Virus record (IMG/VR): IMGVR_UViG_3300022178_003667
Coordinates: 1 to 38,734 of that record
DNA from: a virus
Taxonomy: Duplodnaviria > Caudoviricetes
Length of the DNA: 38,734 nt
Strand: one strand, 5' to 3'
Shown here one piece after another: positions 36,843-38,734 of the stretch (position 1 is its first letter; the number at the start of each line of letters is the position of its first letter). The notes under the pieces are model-generated. The model saw only the letters and a list, made by a program, of their open reading frames with translations, ran no database searches and was not told the DNA's origin. The position numbers were made by a program, and so were the translations under genes.

Positions 36843-37136
36843 TTACTTATTAAATAGTTCAGGCTTATAAACAGATTTCTTGCAATAATCCTCTAACTTT
36901 ATGTATTGGTTATCAGGGCAACACGCAAGATATTTCTTATCTATTACTTTAGTGCTTAAACTTCCACAGCCAGTGCATACTTTCGGCAAACTACAACCAA
37001 CATCGGTTATAATTAATTGTTCAGTCACGTAATCATAAGCAACATCATTTATTTCTTGTCGCTTATCTACTGGCACTTCTGCTAAATCAAAGAGTTGTGC
37101 CACTATTCCTATTGCTTGTTTTTCTAAATTTTTCAT
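36843..37136 (-). CDS. Hypothetical protein starting in the loop of site J (QLIITDV|GCS), with Cys-rich C-terminus
   Basis: ORF track plus site coordinates; CTGC...CC. Confidence 0.7.
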   Translation of the reverse strand: MKNLEKQAIGIVAQLFDLAEVPVDKRQEINDVAYDYVTEQLIITDVGCSLPKVCTGCGSLSTKVIDKKYLACCPDNQYIKLEDYCKKSVYKPELFNK

Positions 37137-37193
37137 TCTATTTAATTTTTTGTTTTAATAAATCACAACTAATCATAACCACATCCGTTATAA
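36995..37193. repeat. attC-like site J (long loop)
   Basis: AACCAAC-ATC-GGTTATAATTAATTGT...ACAACTAATCATAACC-ACATCC-GTTATAA. Confidence 0.8.
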
Positions 37194-37364
37194 AACATTT
37201 TTTTTAATAAACTTAATCCATTCTTCCATAGTTAAGTGTTTGTGAAAAATACCATCAGTACTATATTGTATTAATTTAGTGCCATCTAAAAGAGCAGAGT
37301 AACGTATATTATTGCTAAGGTCTATATTTTTCATTTCTGTTCTTTTTAATTTACTTATTTCCAT
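37188..37364 (-). CDS. Cassette cargo, hypothetical protein (58 aa)
   Basis: Manual translation MEISKLKRTEMKNIDL...; TAA stop overlaps the GTT core of site J. Confidence 0.6.
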   Translation of the reverse strand: MEISKLKRTEMKNIDLSNNIRYSALLDGTKLIQYSTDGIFHKHLTMEEWIKFIKKNVL

Positions 37365-37375
37365 AAAAAAACTTT

Positions 37376-37505
37376 TAATAACACTGTATATAAAAAATAA
37401 AGTGTTAGTGATTAATATTAATTTTCAGCTAATCTAAGTACTATTTTTGTAACCACCAAATAAAAGTATACAATTCTTTAAATTTCATATACAAATCAGT
37501 TATCT
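37376..37505. repeat. attC-like site K
   Basis: TAATAAC-ACT-GTATATAAAAAATAAAG...CTTTAAATTTCATATAC-AAATCA-GTTATCT. Confidence 0.75.
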
Positions 37506-37720
37506 ACAAGTTTCTTCTGGTTCGTGTTCCTTTACATATTTATAGAATCTACATAAAGCTTGTTCATACCTTTTTTTGGCTGTGCTATTTGCAAATGCCA
37601 TAGGTGTTAAATCGAAAATTACAGATATCTTGGTATTTGATAGCTGTAATTCTTTTTTTAGAAGTCTTTCTTGGTTTTGCTTATCTTATAAGCATCAAAT
37701 ATTGCTATATTGTATATCAT
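37500..37720 (-). pseudogene. Chimeric pseudogene: 20 codons of an 8441-like gene joined out of frame to a start-less HTH-like cargo remnant
   Basis: 37720-37661 is 55/60 identical to 8441-8500, then TAA; another frame reads LKKELQLSNTKIS...KKRYEQALCRFY...TAA ending on the K core. Confidence 0.6.
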
Positions 37721-37738
37721 TGGTTTATTGTTTAGTTA

Positions 37739-37930
37739 TTAGTACACTCTTATTGTGCATCTATTATTAATTATATTAAACACTTCCTCATGGTACTCTT
37801 CTGGTATACCTTCCTCGTTTATAGCATCTTGTATTTCTTCCATTAACGTATCTATTACTGAAGATTCCCATACACTACAATTAGCAGCATAATCCATTAC
37901 TTTCTGTTTTCTTTTTTCTTCTGGTGTCAT
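37739..37930 (-). CDS. Hypothetical protein
   Basis: ORF track. Confidence 0.6.
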   Translation of the reverse strand: MTPEEKRKQKVMDYAANCSVWESSVIDTLMEEIQDAINEEGIPEEYHEEVFNIINNRCTIRVY

Positions 37931-38058
37931 ATCTTTATATTTTTACTGGTTAATTGCTCCTTTAAGTACCTTCTGCATTCAGCATCACTTTTGCTATGTC
38001 TAATTTTATTATAAGTAGAATTATCTATATTGCTTATAAAATTTATTATATTTTCCAT
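37927..38058 (-). CDS. Loop-encoded ORF of truncated site L (43 aa)
   Basis: MENIINF...YLKEQLT-SKNIKI; ATGA-coupled to the next ORF. Confidence 0.5.
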   Translation of the reverse strand: MENIINFISNIDNSTYNKIRHSKSDAECRRYLKEQLTSKNIKI

Positions 38059-38118
38059 TTGTATTTATTTAATTTGTTTTTATTTATCCGCAACTAACTT
38101 TAACCATATAAGTTGTGT
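37949..38118. repeat. attC-like site L (left arm truncated)
   Basis: Intact right half GCAACTAACTTTAACC-ATATAA-GTTGTGT; only GTTAATTGC of the left arm remains. Confidence 0.6.
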
Positions 38119-38186
38119 GTAATGCGGTTGGATAACCGTTCTGTAAAAGCTACATCATTACGTAACCGCACTACAAGCCTTTCGGC

Positions 38187-38314
38187 ACACAACTATGGTT
38201 AAATGTAATACCTAACCAATAGTAATGTCAAAACTAATTATATCATTCATAATCGCTTATTTATAAAATTATAGTAGTTTTTCTCGGCACTACACTTAAC
38301 CGTTTAAGTTGTAA
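38187..38314. repeat. attC-like site M
   Basis: ACACAAC-TAT-GGTTAAATGTAATACC...GGCACTACACTTAACC-GTTTAA-GTTGTAA. Confidence 0.8.
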
Positions 38315-38319
38315 ACAAT

Positions 38320-38472
38320 TTACTTACCTCGTGGTACAAAGAAAGTCCAAGTTTTTGCTTGTGGGTGTTCTGCTCTCCAAATTTTGTATTTAATAAACCC
38401 AATTCCGTAAATAAGACCACAGAATCCTAATATAATTAAAGCAATAGTAAAATTTTCTTTTAGTTTTTTCAT
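38320..38472 (-). CDS. Cassette cargo, small single-pass membrane protein (50 aa)
   Basis: MKKLKENFTIALIILGFCGLIYGIGFIKYK...; read manually. Confidence 0.6.
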   Translation of the reverse strand: MKKLKENFTIALIILGFCGLIYGIGFIKYKIWRAEHPQAKTWTFFVPRGK

Positions 38473-38630
38473 CGTAAACAATTTACAACATCGGTTAAAG
38501 TTAATTGCTTTTTTAGGTATTCTATATTATTAAAATTTAACCTAATGTAATCTCCTGTTTGTAATTTAATGTTTAAATAACCATCTTTTATCCAATGGTC
38601 TTTAACGTTTGGTAATTTATTTATGTCCAT
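38469..38630 (-). CDS. Loop-encoded ORF of site N (53 aa), ATGA-coupled to the cargo
   Basis: MDINKLPNVK...YLKKQLTLTDVVNCLR; read manually. Confidence 0.55.
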   Translation of the reverse strand: MDINKLPNVKDHWIKDGYLNIKLQTGDYIRLNFNNIEYLKKQLTLTDVVNCLR

Positions 38631-38685
38631 ATCTATTTACTTTTAGTTTAATTCACGCAACTAACCTTAACCACATACGTTAGTA
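38483..38685. repeat. attC-like site N (long loop)
   Basis: TTACAAC-ATC-GGTTAAAGTTAATTGC...GCAACTAACCTTAACC-ACATAC-GTTAGTA. Confidence 0.8.
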
Positions 38686-38734
38686 GTAATACTTATATGT
38701 ATTCTTTTTATTCAGTTAATTATACATATTTGTA

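Larger units (their letters stand above)
33188..38734. mobile_element. Integron-like cassette array 2 (sites E-N; probably continues beyond the window)
   Basis: Ten AAC-N3-arm...arm-N6-GTT sites (one truncated) alternating with end-matched cassettes. Confidence 0.8.

Noticed and set aside
6302-37770. Shadow ORFs in the track (6302, 7320, 8090, 8536, 11451, 13643, 20185, 24669, 24891, 26193, 27376, 33461, 34832, 35726, 37576)
   Set aside because: Antisense to better-supported genes, with low-complexity S/L/F-rich translations typical of reverse frames.
38158-38250. TAG recoding suggested by the interrupted ORF from the site M loop
   Set aside because: Core genes end normally at TAG (26565-27179, 28858-29412, 12072-12908) and coding density is high with the standard code.
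33295-38685. Sites E-N as ordinary intrinsic terminators or REP elements
   Set aside because: Loops of 40-150 nt, no U-tails, fixed AAC-N3/N6-GTT geometry, cross-cassette end matching and ORFs reading through them.
1-38734. Integrase/IntI, reverse transcriptase (DGR or retron), tRNA or rRNA genes
   Set aside because: I recognised no tyrosine-recombinase R-H-R-Y, RT YxDD-domain or cloverleaf signatures; absence applies only to this window and to inspection by eye.

Overview
AT-rich tailed-phage DNA (long-tailed, siphovirus-like gene set). Its host-type promoters match the Bacteroidota consensus TTTG-N19-21-TAnnTTTG, so the host is probably Bacteroidota/Flavobacteria. Modules: portal/head-tail/fibre operon (minus strand, <1-3841) divergent from terS/terL (4192-5782); a plus-strand island of small early genes (7187-9118) bracketed by tandem repeats; a minus-strand replication/recombination operon (9.9-15.8 kb; DnaA_C-like protein, AAA helicase-like protein, SSB, ERF); a plus-strand tail/head operon (17651-29412); and a second minus-strand operon (ECF-like sigma, RusA-like nuclease, metallophosphoesterase). 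The standout feature is two integron-like gene-cassette arrays (15845-17563 and 33188 to the window end), each at the head of a minus-strand operon. Fourteen attC-like palindromic sites separate them: 12 of the form AAC-N3-arm-loop-arm-N6/7-GTT, one compact variant and one truncated site. Each cassette has its own matching terminal inverted repeats, the minus strand folds better (G.T wobbles, compensatory changes), one cassette shell carries two unrelated cargos, and several ORFs start inside the site loops. The larger cargo genes are mostly DNA-modification enzymes. No integrase is visible in the window. Also found: a six-copy late-promoter motif (ACAA-N14-GTTATCTT), a -1 frameshift in the tail chaperone, an Ocr-like acidic protein, a catalytically degenerate peptidase M15 and several sRNA candidates. 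All protein calls are from motif recognition by eye; no database searches were run.
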